DNA of 64,000 bases from sequence record DRR378314_1792; one strand, written 5' to 3'. Shown in pieces: positions 10,300-20,756 of the stretch (position 1 is the stretch's first letter; every line of letters starts with the position of its first letter). The notes below the pieces were generated by a model. The model ran no database searches, was not told where the DNA came from, and was given only the letters and a program-made list of their open reading frames with translations. A program made the position numbers and the translations under genes.

Positions 10300-11445
10300 G
10301 TGTCAATTATCCCTACCGATCCAAACCATCATAGCGTGATCCTCGCAAAGGACTCACCGATGCCGTTGGATTGCGGGACAATGATGCGCGATATTTCAAT
10401 GGCATACAATACCTATGGAACGCTCAATGAAGACAAGAGCAATGCAATTCTGGTTTGCCATGCGCTGACCGGGGATCAGTTTGCCGCCAGCCGCCAGCCA
10501 CTGACCGGCAAAGATGGCTGGTGGAGCATCATGATCGGGCCGGGAAAAGTGCTGGATACGGACAAATATTTCATTGTCTGTTCCAATGTGCTGGGCGGAT
10601 GTATGGGAACCACCGGGCCCAAAGATACAAACCCGGAAACCGGAAAACCCTATGGCATTGATTTTCCGATCATTACCATTGGTGACATAGTGCGGGCCCA
10701 GGCCCTGTTACAGGATTATCTGGAAATTCCAGACTGGTTTTCAATCATTGGGGGCTCCATGGGCGGAATGCAGGTCCTGCAATGGGCAAGCGCCTATCCG
10801 GAAAAATGTTTCAGCGCCATTCCCATCGCCACCGCAGCAAAACATTCGGCCCAGAATATAGCGTTTCACGAAGTCGGCCGGCAAGCCGTGATGGCTGACC
10901 CAGAGTGGCTTGGCGGACAATATCTGGAGCAGGGCAAAAACCCGCGCGCCGGGCTTGCCGTTGCCCGAATGGCGGCCCATGTCACTTATCTATCCGAATC
11001 AGCGCTTCACAGGAAATTTGGCAGAAACCTGCAGGATCGGGATAGCCTTACCTATGGGTTTGATGCCGACTTTCAGGTTGAAAGCTACCTTCGGTATCAA
11101 GGGATTAATTTTGTCGATCGCTTCGATGCGAACTCCTATCTTTATATCACGCGGGCGATGGATTATTTCGATTTGGCTGGAGATCATGACGGCTCGTTGC
11201 CAAAAGCATTTGAACATACCAACACCCGGTTTTGTGTTGTGTCCTTTTCCAGTGACTGGCTATTTCCAACTTCAGAAAGCCGCGATGTCGTCAGGGCGTT
11301 GATCGCAGCGGCAGCCAATGTGAGCTTTGTCGAAATCGAAACCGATAAAGGTCATGATGCATTTTTATTAGACACGCCCGTTATGTTGCAGACAATCGGC
11401 GGCTTTCTAAAATCCACCGCCATCAGTAGGGGATTGGATTATTGA
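10300..11445 (+). CDS. metX: Homoserine O-acyl(acetyl)transferase
   Basis: [31 protein letters not shown] start at 10300 or 10282. Confidence 0.95.
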   Translation: MSIIPTDPNHHSVILAKDSPMPLDCGTMMRDISMAYNTYGTLNEDKSNAILVCHALTGDQFAASRQPLTGKDGWWSIMIGPGKVLDTDKYFIVCSNVLGGCMGTTGPKDTNPETGKPYGIDFPIITIGDIVRAQALLQDYLEIPDWFSIIGGSMGGMQVLQWASAYPEKCFSAIPIATAAKHSAQNIAFHEVGRQAVMADPEWLGGQYLEQGKNPRAGLAVARMAAHVTYLSESALHRKFGRNLQDRDSLTYGFDADFQVESYLRYQGINFVDRFDANSYLYITRAMDYFDLAGDHDGSLPKAFEHTNTRFCVVSFSSDWLFPTSESRDVVRALIAAAANVSFVEIETDKGHDAFLLDTPVMLQTIGGFLKSTAISRGLDY

Positions 11446-12080
11446 TGGAAAATTCAACACTCTCACGTCCGCAAGATATTCGTGTCGACCTCAAGCTGAT
11501 TGCCGACATGATCGAGCCGGGCAGTCGTGTCCTGGATGTGGGCTGCGCTGACGGAACCTTACTGTCCCATCTGGTGTCAACAAAAGAGGTGGATGGGCGC
11601 GGGATTGAGCTCAGTCAGAGCGGTGTCAATGCCTGTGTCAGCAAAGGTTTATCTGTGGTTCAGGGAAATGCTGATTCAGACCTGGTTGACTACCCTGCAG
11701 GAGGGTTTGACTACGCCATTCTTAGCCAGACCCTACAGGCAACCCACCGACCCAAAGATGTGATGGAGCAACTGTTGCGAGTTGGCAAAAAGGCAATTGT
11801 CTCCTTTCCCAACTTTGCCTACTGGCGATGCCGGGCCTACCTGTCCGTAAAGGGACAGATGCCTATGACCAATTCTCTTGACTATGCGTGGTACGAAACT
11901 CCGAACATTCACTTCTGTACGCTTCGGGATTTTACCAATCTGAGCGCAGATCTGAATATCCAAATCGAAAAATCCATTATTATTGGCAATAATGGCCGCA
12001 TTCTGGATTACTCATATGACAGCAAACGCGCCAACTTTTTCGGCGCTCAATGCGTGTTTCTTCTAAAGACAGCCGGATAA
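11445..12080 (+). CDS. metW: Methionine biosynthesis protein MetW
   Basis: VLDVGCADG, ILSQTLQA, WYETPNIHFCT; coupled to metX. Confidence 0.95.
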   Translation: MENSTLSRPQDIRVDLKLIADMIEPGSRVLDVGCADGTLLSHLVSTKEVDGRGIELSQSGVNACVSKGLSVVQGNADSDLVDYPAGGFDYAILSQTLQATHRPKDVMEQLLRVGKKAIVSFPNFAYWRCRAYLSVKGQMPMTNSLDYAWYETPNIHFCTLRDFTNLSADLNIQIEKSIIIGNNGRILDYSYDSKRANFFGAQCVFLLKTAG

Positions 12081-12082
12081 GC

Positions 12083-12850
12083 CTATTTTCGTGAATTTGA
12101 TTTGCCATTGACGCGGGATGTCGCGCCGATCGGAACAGCCGCCGGCGCGATCAGCGGCCGCAGCTTTTTCTTTCGCTGCGGTTCTTCTGGAATGGCGAAA
12201 ACCTGTTTTTCTGCTTCGATAATGCGAACACCACTGAAGCGGGCCCACCATTTCTCCCCCAGATTTTCAAGGAATTTTGCAATTCGCAAATTCAACTTGG
12301 ATCCACTGGGCGGAAAATAAAGCGCGCCCTGGACCTCACCATATGTAAACATATTAGCCCGAAGGATTTTGCGAAGCTGTTTATCTGAATAGGGATATCC
12401 ATGTCCAAAAGGCGTTTTTTCCATTCGCGCCCATAAACCGCCGCGAGAGGGAACAATGATCAAGACTTTTCCGCTGGACGTTAATACCCGCCAGATTTCC
12501 TGGAGGATATCATCCGGAACCCGCGTGTTTTCCAGCCCATGAACCAGAATAATTCGATCAATTGAGCTATCTGGAAGGGGAAGCGCACTTTCTTCTGACA
12601 GGCCGACCAGACTTGGACCACCATGCGGCCAATGGATCACGCCCTGCTGTGCGGGCATCATGGCGATCGTCCGTTCGGTTTCATTGCGAAATGGAAACAG
12701 AAATGGCGTCGCATATCCCAAACCCAACAGACGAAAATTTGAAATATCCGGCCATAAGCTGCGAATTTTACGCACCAGCGCCTTTCGCACCGCGATACCA
12801 AGGCGCGTGTGATAAAATTTTCGCAAATCTATGACATCAGGGCGGATCAT
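12083..12850 (-). CDS. Class I SAM-dependent methyltransferase (YafS-like)
   Basis: DVIDLRKFY, LGLGYATP, MPAQQG, TPFGHG; divergent from gloB as is usual. Confidence 0.85.
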   Translation of the reverse strand: MIRPDVIDLRKFYHTRLGIAVRKALVRKIRSLWPDISNFRLLGLGYATPFLFPFRNETERTIAMMPAQQGVIHWPHGGPSLVGLSEESALPLPDSSIDRIILVHGLENTRVPDDILQEIWRVLTSSGKVLIIVPSRGGLWARMEKTPFGHGYPYSDKQLRKILRANMFTYGEVQGALYFPPSGSKLNLRIAKFLENLGEKWWARFSGVRIIEAEKQVFAIPEEPQRKKKLRPLIAPAAVPIGATSRVNGKSNSRK

Positions 12851-12900
12851 GGTTATACTCTTTTCCAAACTAGCCTAAGCAACGTAATAAGTCTGAGTCT

Positions 12901-13671
12901 ATGAGCAAACTAGAAATTCATCAAATTCCCGTCTTGAATGACAATTATCTGTATCTGATTAAAGATCCGGACAGTTCAGCTGTTGGCATTGTCGATCCAG
13001 CGGTCGCCGAACCGGTCCTAGATAAACTGGATGAGCTTGGCTGGAAACTCACTCATATCCTGAATACTCACCACCATATGGATCATACAGGTGCCAACCT
13101 TGAACTAAAGGGAAAAACCGGGTGCATCGTGGTTGGCTCCAAATCCGATAAAAGCCGAATACCGGGTATTGATGTAGAGTTGTCCGAAGGTGATGTGTAT
13201 GAGTTTGGCACGCAAAAAGCCCGGATCTTTGAAGTGAGCGGACATACCAACGGCCACATTGCCTACTGGTTCGACCACTCAGATGCACTGTTCTGTGGTG
13301 ATACACTCTTTGCCCTGGGCTGTGGGCGCCTGTTTGAAGGCACACCTGCCCAGATGTGGGATAGTTTGAGCAAGCTCAAAGCATTGCCAGACAATACGCA
13401 TGTTTTCTGCGCTCATGAATATACGGAAGCCAACGCCAATTTTGCGGTCAGCGTGGATCCGGACAATTCAGAACTCAAATCCCGTTTTGAAACTATTCGT
13501 GAGCTTCGCAAACACGGAACACCAACGGTGCCGTCAACACTTGCAGAAGAAATTGCAACCAATCCCTTCCTTCGCCCTGATGATGAAGGAATTCGCAAGA
13601 CCCTGGAAATGCAAACGGCAGATACCGTTGACGTGTTTGCAGAAATCCGCGCCCGCAAAGACAGTTTTTAG
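12901..13671 (+). CDS. gloB: Hydroxyacylglutathione hydrolase (glyoxalase II)
   Basis: THHHMDH, FCGDTLF...GCGRLFEG, CAHEYT, NPFLR. Confidence 0.95.
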   Translation: MSKLEIHQIPVLNDNYLYLIKDPDSSAVGIVDPAVAEPVLDKLDELGWKLTHILNTHHHMDHTGANLELKGKTGCIVVGSKSDKSRIPGIDVELSEGDVYEFGTQKARIFEVSGHTNGHIAYWFDHSDALFCGDTLFALGCGRLFEGTPAQMWDSLSKLKALPDNTHVFCAHEYTEANANFAVSVDPDNSELKSRFETIRELRKHGTPTVPSTLAEEIATNPFLRPDDEGIRKTLEMQTADTVDVFAEIRARKDSF

Positions 13672-13707
13672 CCCCTATTCTACCCCTCTTGTTATTGGAA
13701 AAGACGT

Positions 13708-14127
13708 ATGAAATATCTGCATACAATGGTTCGTGTAGCCGATCTTGACGCCAGCCTCGATTTTTATTGCAACAGCCTTGGCCTGAAAGAAGTCAACCGC
13801 AAGGAAGTTGAAGCGGGTCGTTTCACACTGGTTTTTCTGGCCCCAGAAGGTCAGGAAAATGCCCAGGTTGAGCTGACCTACAACTGGGATCCGGAAGAAT
13901 ATTCAGGTGGCCGGAATTTTGGCCATCTTGCCTATGAGGTGGATGATATCTATGCAGCCTGCCAGCATATGATGGATCGCGGTGTGGTCATTAATCGTCC
14001 GCCCCGGGATGGCCGCATGGCTTTTGTGCGCTCCCCCGATAATATTTCTGTTGAGCTGCTCCAGAAGGGAGAGGCGCTGGCCCCGGCAGAACCCTGGGCA
14101 AGCATGGAAAATACAGGCGAATGGTAA
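13708..14127 (+). CDS. gloA: Lactoylglutathione lyase (glyoxalase I, VOC family)
   Basis: [30 protein letters not shown]. Confidence 0.88.
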   Translation: MKYLHTMVRVADLDASLDFYCNSLGLKEVNRKEVEAGRFTLVFLAPEGQENAQVELTYNWDPEEYSGGRNFGHLAYEVDDIYAACQHMMDRGVVINRPPRDGRMAFVRSPDNISVELLQKGEALAPAEPWASMENTGEW

Positions 14128-14137
14128 AAGCTGCGCT

Positions 14138-15040
14138 TTAACGTTTCCGGGGTCTTTTGGCGATCAGGTCCCGGAAAATATTGATGGAGCCAATGGCCGC
14201 GCCCAATGTGATCAACAGGCACCCTGCCACAAGCGGCCAGGTTACTGCTGCGCCGCCCAGGCCAATTAACAGCAACGTCGATAGAAGCGGCGACAAATAG
14301 GACAACACACCAAGTCCCTGAATATCCCCATGCTTGACCCCCACATCCCAAAGGAAAAAGGCAGCGCCAACAGGCCCGAGGCCCAAGCCTAGAACGGCAA
14401 GCCAGGTGGTGAAATAATCCGGGATCACGGTTTGCTCAAAAGCCAGATGACATCCAAATGACAGCACCGCTGTCACCCCGCAAAACGTGCCAACCACGTC
14501 TGTCGACACAGTTGCAAACCGCCGACTTAAAACCGAGTAGCCAGACCAGATAAACGCACAGGCAAATGCAGCTAAGTATCCTTTTATATATTGGGGATCA
14601 ATATGCAGCTGCTGTCCTTTGGTGATCAGTAGTCCTGCCCCCAGAAGGCTGATCAACGCCCCCACAATGTGGAACCAGTAGAGCCGCTCACCCGGTAGCA
14701 AGGTGGAAAACAGAACGATCAGCAATGGCCAGAGATAAGCAATCAAACCCGCATCCGCAGGAGGGGCGGACTTCAACGCCAGAAAATAAAAGAAATGATA
14801 GCCAAACAGTCCGCAGACACCCAATAACCATAGGCGCGGCGGCAGAAAAATAAAATCGCGAATACGATCCCGCTTCACAAGCCATTTGATCAGCACCAAC
14901 ATAAACGCAACAGCAAAGCTCATGGCGGTCAACTGAAAGGGTGGGATTGCGCCTGTATAAACAGTGAAAAGCGCCAGCAGCGCCCAGAGCAAAATCGCGC
15001 AGAGGCCAAACAGGGTCGCTATTGGTCTTGATATTTGCAA
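14138..15040 (-). CDS. DMT/EamA transporter (YddG-like)
   Basis: AILLWALLA, YLWPLLIV, WSGYSVLSRR, GDIQ; about 10 TM. Confidence 0.88.
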   Translation of the reverse strand: MQISRPIATLFGLCAILLWALLALFTVYTGAIPPFQLTAMSFAVAFMLVLIKWLVKRDRIRDFIFLPPRLWLLGVCGLFGYHFFYFLALKSAPPADAGLIAYLWPLLIVLFSTLLPGERLYWFHIVGALISLLGAGLLITKGQQLHIDPQYIKGYLAAFACAFIWSGYSVLSRRFATVSTDVVGTFCGVTAVLSFGCHLAFEQTVIPDYFTTWLAVLGLGLGPVGAAFFLWDVGVKHGDIQGLGVLSYLSPLLSTLLLIGLGGAAVTWPLVAGCLLITLGAAIGSINIFRDLIAKRPRKR

Positions 15041-15116
15041 GGTAAGGCCTCAGTCCAAAGTCAAGGGTAAGTCAAATCCAGCCATACCTATAAGGCAAAA
15101 AACCTGCCAGATAAAT

Positions 15117-15157
15117 GAAAAGGCATGCGCTCCGGGATAGAGCTAACATGCCTTTTC
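15117..15157 (-). terminator. Probable intrinsic terminator of phbAB
   Basis: GAAAAGGCATG...CATGCCTTTTC inverted repeat with a T tail on the minus strand. Confidence 0.7.
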
Positions 15158-15207
15158 GATCTCAGGCCGGCGTGACAGGGATCCGGCCAGAGGTTAGCAC
15201 ACACTTT

Positions 15208-15930
15208 TTAATACATATGTTGGCCGCCATTGATCGACAGGGTTGACCCTGTAACGAAGCCCGCGTCATCGGCCACCAAGAAACAAACACCCCTGGCAAT
15301 TTCAGATGCCTTTCCAAGGCGTCCTACCGGGATTTTGGCGACAATTTTTTTCAGCACCTCAGGCGGCACAGCGGAAACCATATCCGTGTCAATATAGCCC
15401 GGAGCAATTGCGTTCACAGTGATGCCTTTTGCGGCACCTTCCTGTGACATGGCTTTGGTAAAGCCGTGGATACCCGATTTTGCCGCCGCATAATTGACTT
15501 GCCCATATTGACCGGCCTGGCCATTGATGGACCCAATATTAACCACACGGCCAAACGAATTCTCCCGCATGTCATCAACTGTTGCCCGGCACATGTTAAA
15601 ACAGGAACCAAGGTTTGTATCGATCACAGCTTGCCATTTCTCGTGATCCATACGGTGCAGAGTACCATCCCGGGTAATTCCGGCATTGTTGACCAGAATA
15701 TCGACAGTTCCAAGGTCAGCTTTGACCTTCGCAACTCCCTCCATACAGGCGTCATAATCAGACACATCCCATTTATAGGCGGGAATGCCTGTTCTTTCTG
15801 TAAATTCTCTGGCCCTTTCGTCGTTGCCCCCATAATTGGCAGCAACTTTATACCCTTTCTCTGACAGCATGATGGAGATTGCCTCTCCTATTCCTCTTGT
15901 GCCGCCAGTTACGATTGCTACTCTGCCCAT
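15208..15930 (-). CDS. phbB: Acetoacetyl-CoA reductase
   Basis: TGGTRGIG, NNAGITRD, GQVNYAAAK, INGGQHMY. Confidence 0.95.
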   Translation of the reverse strand: MGRVAIVTGGTRGIGEAISIMLSEKGYKVAANYGGNDERAREFTERTGIPAYKWDVSDYDACMEGVAKVKADLGTVDILVNNAGITRDGTLHRMDHEKWQAVIDTNLGSCFNMCRATVDDMRENSFGRVVNIGSINGQAGQYGQVNYAAAKSGIHGFTKAMSQEGAAKGITVNAIAPGYIDTDMVSAVPPEVLKKIVAKIPVGRLGKASEIARGVCFLVADDAGFVTGSTLSINGGQHMY

Positions 15931-15951
15931 TTTACCTGTTCCTATTTTTAA

Positions 15952-17124
15952 CTATCGTTCAACACACATCGCTATGCCCATGCCACCGCCAATACAAAGA
16001 GTGGCAAGACCCTTTTTCGCATCCCGTTTCTGCATTTCATGGAGCAGAGTAACGAGGACACGAGCCCCGGAGGCGCCAATTGGATGTCCAATTGCAATTG
16101 CCCCACCGTTCACATTGACCTTGTCAGTATCCCAGCCAAGGTCTTTGTTTACCGCACATGCCTGAGCGGCAAACGCTTCATTTGCTTCAATCAGATCCAG
16201 ATCATCGACAGTCCACCCAGCGGCATCCAAAGCTTTACGGCTGGCCGGGATCGGACCGCTTCCCATAATCGAAGGATCAACACCGACCTGGGCCCAGGAG
16301 ACAATTTTCGCTAAAGGTTCAAGTCCGCGTGATTTCGCCTCATCAGCACTCATCAAAACGACTGCAGCTGCCCCGTCATTAATGCCTGAGGCGTTTCCGG
16401 CCGTGACACTTCCATTTTCTTTTTGAAATGCGGTTCGCAGCGCGGAGAGTTTTTCATATGTTGTGCCCGCCCGGATATATTCATCATCTTCGACGACAAT
16501 ATCTCCCTTGCGCGAAGAAATGGTGACCGGCGCGATCTCGTCCTTGAAACGACCTTCAGACTGAGCCTTGCCGGCTTTTGCCTGAGATGCGGCTGCAAAC
16601 TCATCCTGTTGTTCGCGGGTAATCTGCCATTTGGCCGCGACATTCTCTGCGGTGTTGCCCATATGATACCCGTAGAAAGCATCGATCAGTCCGTCTTTCA
16701 ACATGGTATCCACAAATTCCAGACTTCCCATTTTCTGACCATTGCGCAGATTTGCACAATGCGGTGCCTGGCTCATGCTTTCCTGACCACCGGCAACGAC
16801 AATTGAGCTGTCACCGTTCTTGACGGCCTGATACCCCAGAGCAACAGCCCGAAGCCCGGACCCACATAGCTGATTAACGCCCCATGCAGGCACCTCAACG
16901 GGAACATCCGCTGCCATTGACGCCTGACGCGCCGGGTTCTGCCCTTCACCAGCAGATAGAATCTGTCCCAAAATGACTTCCGAAACATCTGAACCGGATG
17001 TTTTTGAACGTTTCAGCGCCTCACGAATAGCAACCTCGCCCAATTTATGCGCAGGCAACGATGACAAAGCACCATTAAAGGACCCCACAGGAGTCCGAGC
17101 CGCACTTGTAATTACAACATCCAT
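15952..17124 (-). CDS. phbA: Acetyl-CoA acetyltransferase (beta-ketothiolase)
   Basis: [28 protein letters not shown]. Confidence 0.95.
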   Translation of the reverse strand: MDVVITSAARTPVGSFNGALSSLPAHKLGEVAIREALKRSKTSGSDVSEVILGQILSAGEGQNPARQASMAADVPVEVPAWGVNQLCGSGLRAVALGYQAVKNGDSSIVVAGGQESMSQAPHCANLRNGQKMGSLEFVDTMLKDGLIDAFYGYHMGNTAENVAAKWQITREQQDEFAAASQAKAGKAQSEGRFKDEIAPVTISSRKGDIVVEDDEYIRAGTTYEKLSALRTAFQKENGSVTAGNASGINDGAAAVVLMSADEAKSRGLEPLAKIVSWAQVGVDPSIMGSGPIPASRKALDAAGWTVDDLDLIEANEAFAAQACAVNKDLGWDTDKVNVNGGAIAIGHPIGASGARVLVTLLHEMQKRDAKKGLATLCIGGGMGIAMCVER

Positions 17125-17270
17125 TACTGACCTCTTTTTTTGCTTAATTGATAATAAATATTCAAAGTTAGATGCTAATTCGTAATTTTCGGAATGTTTT
17201 TACGTAAACTACGAAATAACGTTATATGTTCGCAGATGCAACACTTTTTGTGCATGTGCGCAGAAAAAAA

Positions 17271-18506
17271 TTAGAATTCTTTAATCCAGGCGATAACATC
17301 TCGCCATAATCCTCCTTTCGCACCCCTTCCGACCACCATCCCGATATGACCAGTCCCAGATATTCGAACTTCGGCGGCGGGCAATTGACGCGATAGAGCC
17401 ATTGCTGAACCCAGCGGTACAATTCTATCTGATTTTGGCGCAACAATCATTGCGGGAATTGTGATATTTTGAGGGCAAATACGTGTCGGTCCAACCGACC
17501 ACTTTCCATTCACCGGATCGTTCTGCCCATACCAGTCCCGGAAACAGGACCTGGCAACCGGCGCCGCCAACGGTACGCCGTCGTTCAACCAATCTTCAAG
17601 TGCAACGAACTCTTTCGCCCGGTCACTATCTGCCTCCATTCGGTTAAACAGAGAAAATTTATTCATACACAGATTTGGATCAAGGCTTGCGAAGAAAGAC
17701 TGCAAAATATCCACCGGCATTTCACCAAATCCTTTCAACACGGTATCCCAGATAGCCTCATTGGATAAGAATTGACGCGCGCTTTGACCAAGACCCTCAT
17801 GAAAATCCCAGGGCGCTGCCATTGCAATCAGACTCTTTGGTGCTATGGGGAGCAACTGAGCAAGGGCAACTGCCAAGGTTCCGCCCATACAATATCCGCC
17901 CAGATGAATTGGAGCCGCTGGATACCGCTGAGCCGTCGCCTCAAACCCGGCAATGAGGATATGCGCAATATATTCTTTTAAATCATAGTGTTTTTCCGTT
18001 GGACCGACATCTCCCCAATCCACAAGAATGGCGCGGATGCCATTTTTTCCAAGTTCCTCGACAAAGCTCTTTCCTGGCATCAGATCCAGAATGTAGGCGC
18101 GGTTGATCAAGGACGGAATCAGGAAAAGGATTGGTGCGTTTTCAGCCAGATCTGGCGCACAATCCAACAAGGATATATTTCCCCGAGACCAGATTTTGGA
18201 GCGGGTAAATCCGTCTCGGCGATACGGGTGTGCATGATATTTTTGAATGCCGGATATCATGGCGGATACTTTGCTATTCCCCTCCTTTGCCAATTCCTGC
18301 ATGAGATCCGTCAGTTCGTATTTTTGCAGCCGGGCGGCAATCTCCTCCCCTTCAGGCGCCAACTCACCAAGCCACGGGAATTTTCCCTCACGAACAAACG
18401 GTAAAGACGCGAATGACGTCGCCAACGACGTCGCCGCCAACCCCAAATGCAAGCCAAGAGGCCGGGGCCCGACCCGCGCGCCCGAATAACTTTGTTGGGT
18501 CGTCAT
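17271..18506 (-). CDS. PHA-synthase-like alpha/beta hydrolase
   Basis: PSLINRAYILDL, DWG, lipase box GYCMGG, SDRIVP, GHIGMVVG. Confidence 0.8.
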   Translation of the reverse strand: MTTQQSYSGARVGPRPLGLHLGLAATSLATSFASLPFVREGKFPWLGELAPEGEEIAARLQKYELTDLMQELAKEGNSKVSAMISGIQKYHAHPYRRDGFTRSKIWSRGNISLLDCAPDLAENAPILFLIPSLINRAYILDLMPGKSFVEELGKNGIRAILVDWGDVGPTEKHYDLKEYIAHILIAGFEATAQRYPAAPIHLGGYCMGGTLAVALAQLLPIAPKSLIAMAAPWDFHEGLGQSARQFLSNEAIWDTVLKGFGEMPVDILQSFFASLDPNLCMNKFSLFNRMEADSDRAKEFVALEDWLNDGVPLAAPVARSCFRDWYGQNDPVNGKWSVGPTRICPQNITIPAMIVAPKSDRIVPLGSAMALSRQLPAAEVRISGTGHIGMVVGRGAKGGLWRDVIAWIKEF

Positions 18507-18694
18507 GACGTTTCATCCTCATCCCTGGGTGAAGGGGAAAACGATCCATTTTGCAGATCTGAGATCAGTTTTTCACAAGACAGCATGAGGCTTGTCGCGC
18601 TCTCATCAGGGTTTCTGGAGACAGCACTGATCTGGCGTTGCCAAAGATCAAAAAAGTCCAGTACAGTTTCGGAAAGATCTGTTTTTTTAGGCAT
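18503..18694 (-). CDS. Small hypothetical protein coupled to the PhaC-like gene
   Basis: 63 aa, MPKKTDLSETVLDFFDLWQRQISA...; ATGA overlap with the downstream CDS. Confidence 0.6.
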   Translation of the reverse strand: MPKKTDLSETVLDFFDLWQRQISAVSRNPDESATSLMLSCEKLISDLQNGSFSPSPRDEDETS

Positions 18695-18778
18695 TCTCAC
18701 AATATAAACTGAAAGAGCCCCGGCCACCAGTCACGCTTTCAACACAATTTTTTCGATAATTATTGCCAAATCAAAAAC

Positions 18779-18810
18779 TGCATTGCACAATGCATGCTTG
18801 CGGCGCAGCA
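18779..18810 (+). promoter_or_regulatory. Two tandem PhaR-binding boxes
   Basis: TGCATTGCACAA (18779-18790) and TGCGGCGCAGCA (18799-18810) both fit TGCRNYGCASMA; directly upstream of phaR. Confidence 0.75.
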
Positions 18811-18832
18811 ATTTGTAAGGGGATGTGTAAAT

Positions 18833-19435
18833 TTGGTTGAGCAAGCTTCTGAAACAAAAGATCCGATAATCATAAAAAAATACGCCAACCGTCGGCTCTA
18901 TAACACAGCAACCTCTTCCTATGTTACCCTGGATCATCTCAGCAGCATGGTGAAAGAAGGAAATGATTTCGTCGTCTTTGATGCCAAAACGAACGAAGAA
19001 ATTACCCGTTCAGTTTTAACGCAGATCATTTTCGAAGAAGAGGCCAAAGGCCAAAACCTTCTACCCATCAGCTTTTTACGCCAACTGATCAAGTATTACG
19101 GCCACAGTTTACAAACCGTTGTCCCTGATTACCTGGATATGTCGATGCGTTCTTTCACGAGCAATCAAGAAAAAATGCGCGATGCAATGCCAGAGAATGT
19201 GCGGGATAATCCACTTTATCAGCAGTTTGAGGAAATGGGCCGCCAAAACATGGCAATGTTTACGCAAGCGATGCGCATGTTTTCGCCGCCTGCCTTTGGA
19301 TCCGGCGCCGAACAACAAGAACAAACAACTGAGAAACCCGCTGAACCTCAGTCCGAAACGACTGAAATGATGAAAGAGCTAAAGGATCAACTGGCCTCAA
19401 TGCAGGCCCGGATTGATAAGCTTAGCGACAAATAA
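18833..19435 (+). CDS. phaR: PHA synthesis repressor PhaR
   Basis: IIKKYANRRLYNT...YVTL, EEITRSVLTQII. TTG start after SD AAGGGGA; ORF open from 18794. Confidence 0.95.
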   Translation: MVEQASETKDPIIIKKYANRRLYNTATSSYVTLDHLSSMVKEGNDFVVFDAKTNEEITRSVLTQIIFEEEAKGQNLLPISFLRQLIKYYGHSLQTVVPDYLDMSMRSFTSNQEKMRDAMPENVRDNPLYQQFEEMGRQNMAMFTQAMRMFSPPAFGSGAEQQEQTTEKPAEPQSETTEMMKELKDQLASMQARIDKLSDK

Positions 19436-19514
19436 AAAAGTAATCCAGAAGAGCCGCTACGCCGTAAGGTCTACAAAGGTGCCTGTGGATTTCAAGAATT
19501 TGTGACTTGATATA

Positions 19515-19550
19515 TTAATTTTTTGTTAACATATTTTAGTCAGTTATTAA
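19515..19550 (+). promoter_or_regulatory. CtrA box plus adjacent degenerate box
   Basis: TTAAttttttgTTAAC (19515-19530) and TTAGtcagttaTTAA (19536-19550). Confidence 0.6.
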
Positions 19551-19646
19551 GTATGTGTAGCGACTCGTTTCCAGCAAATTTGGAAATCCGGTTAAAATTA
19601 CCGACACCTCATAAACTGAAGAATATACCGGGTAAAGTACGTTATT

Positions 19647-20117
19647 ATGGAGCCAACTCGTTCCAGTTCTTATTCTGCTTATTCCTATTACTCTGCAGCC
19701 ACCCGGCAAGCGGAGCTTCAGGCGCATATTGAACAACAACAGCTTCAGAAAGACCTTAATCAGAAAAACCTGATTAAGGCTGAATTGCAACAGCAGATTG
19801 ATTCCAGACGTCGCTCAGGCGAAATTAACAGAGATCATCCCCGCGGGACAACAGTTGAGGTTGTCGTCAGGCAGCCACCGCAAACGCCGGCACATCCGAC
19901 GACGACGCGAAGCGAGCTGGCCTACGGGCAATCATCAACGCCATTTCTGGCCCAGCAACTTGCTCAAACCACTCCCCTTGAGACAGACGCTGATGGCACG
20001 GGCATAGACGTTGGATTTTCCGGCCACCATCAACAGGCCAGCACGGCATATCGGGAAACCCGCAACCTGACAATTGATGTTCTTGGATTTCAAGGGTTTA
20101 GCCCAAAATTGGTCTAA
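19647..20117 (+). CDS. Hypothetical Gln-rich protein
   Basis: 156-aa ORF filling the phaR-msrA gap; helical FLAQQLAQ and ASTAYR motifs. Confidence 0.6.
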   Translation: MEPTRSSSYSAYSYYSAATRQAELQAHIEQQQLQKDLNQKNLIKAELQQQIDSRRRSGEINRDHPRGTTVEVVVRQPPQTPAHPTTTRSELAYGQSSTPFLAQQLAQTTPLETDADGTGIDVGFSGHHQQASTAYRETRNLTIDVLGFQGFSPKLV

Positions 20118-20138
20118 CACCCCAATTGCAGAGCGCTG

Positions 20139-20621
20139 CTAGATACGGCAGCTCGCCATTCCACGTTTTTCCAAATACTGTTGATGATAGTCTTCGGCAA
20201 TGTAGAAATCCTGAGCAGGTGAGATTTCCGTAACGATCGGATTTGAAAAAGCCTTCGCGTCTTCAAGGGCCGCCTTGGACGCCTCGGCAACCTCTTTTTG
20301 TTCATCGCTGACATAAAAAATCGCAGACCGGTACTGAGTTCCAACATCAGGCCCCTGCCGGTTCAAGGTCGTCGGGTTATGATTACCCCAAAACACATCT
20401 ATAAGTTGATTATAAGGTACAGTTTCAGGATCAAAAATCACCCTTACGACTTCTGCATGCATGGTGTCTTCATAGCAGACCTGTTGGTAGGTCGGGTTCA
20501 ATGTATGTCCGCCTTGATACCCCACGGCGGTTTCAATCACGCCGTTTACCTGGCGAAATGCGGCTTCAACGCCCCAAAAACACCCAGCTGCGAAATATGC
20601 TGTTTCAGATTTTCCTGCCAT
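20139..20621 (-). CDS. msrA: Peptide methionine sulfoxide reductase A
   Basis: AGCFWGVE, RQGPDVGTQYRS, AEDYHQQY. Confidence 0.96.
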   Translation of the reverse strand: MAGKSETAYFAAGCFWGVEAAFRQVNGVIETAVGYQGGHTLNPTYQQVCYEDTMHAEVVRVIFDPETVPYNQLIDVFWGNHNPTTLNRQGPDVGTQYRSAIFYVSDEQKEVAEASKAALEDAKAFSNPIVTEISPAQDFYIAEDYHQQYLEKRGMASCRI

Positions 20622-20756
20622 GGTTTCATCCCTTCAACTCATCTTCATACTGTGAAGTATATATGGGGCTTTGTAATTAAATAAAGTAATCCATCTCATT
20701 AGAATTGATAACTTTATCGTTAATGGCTCTCTCCATATACTGTCCATCTAGATTTT

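Noticed and set aside
17226-17263. TGC/GCA-rich sequence upstream of phbA as a PhaR box
   Set aside because: Does not fit TGCRNYGCASMA on either strand.
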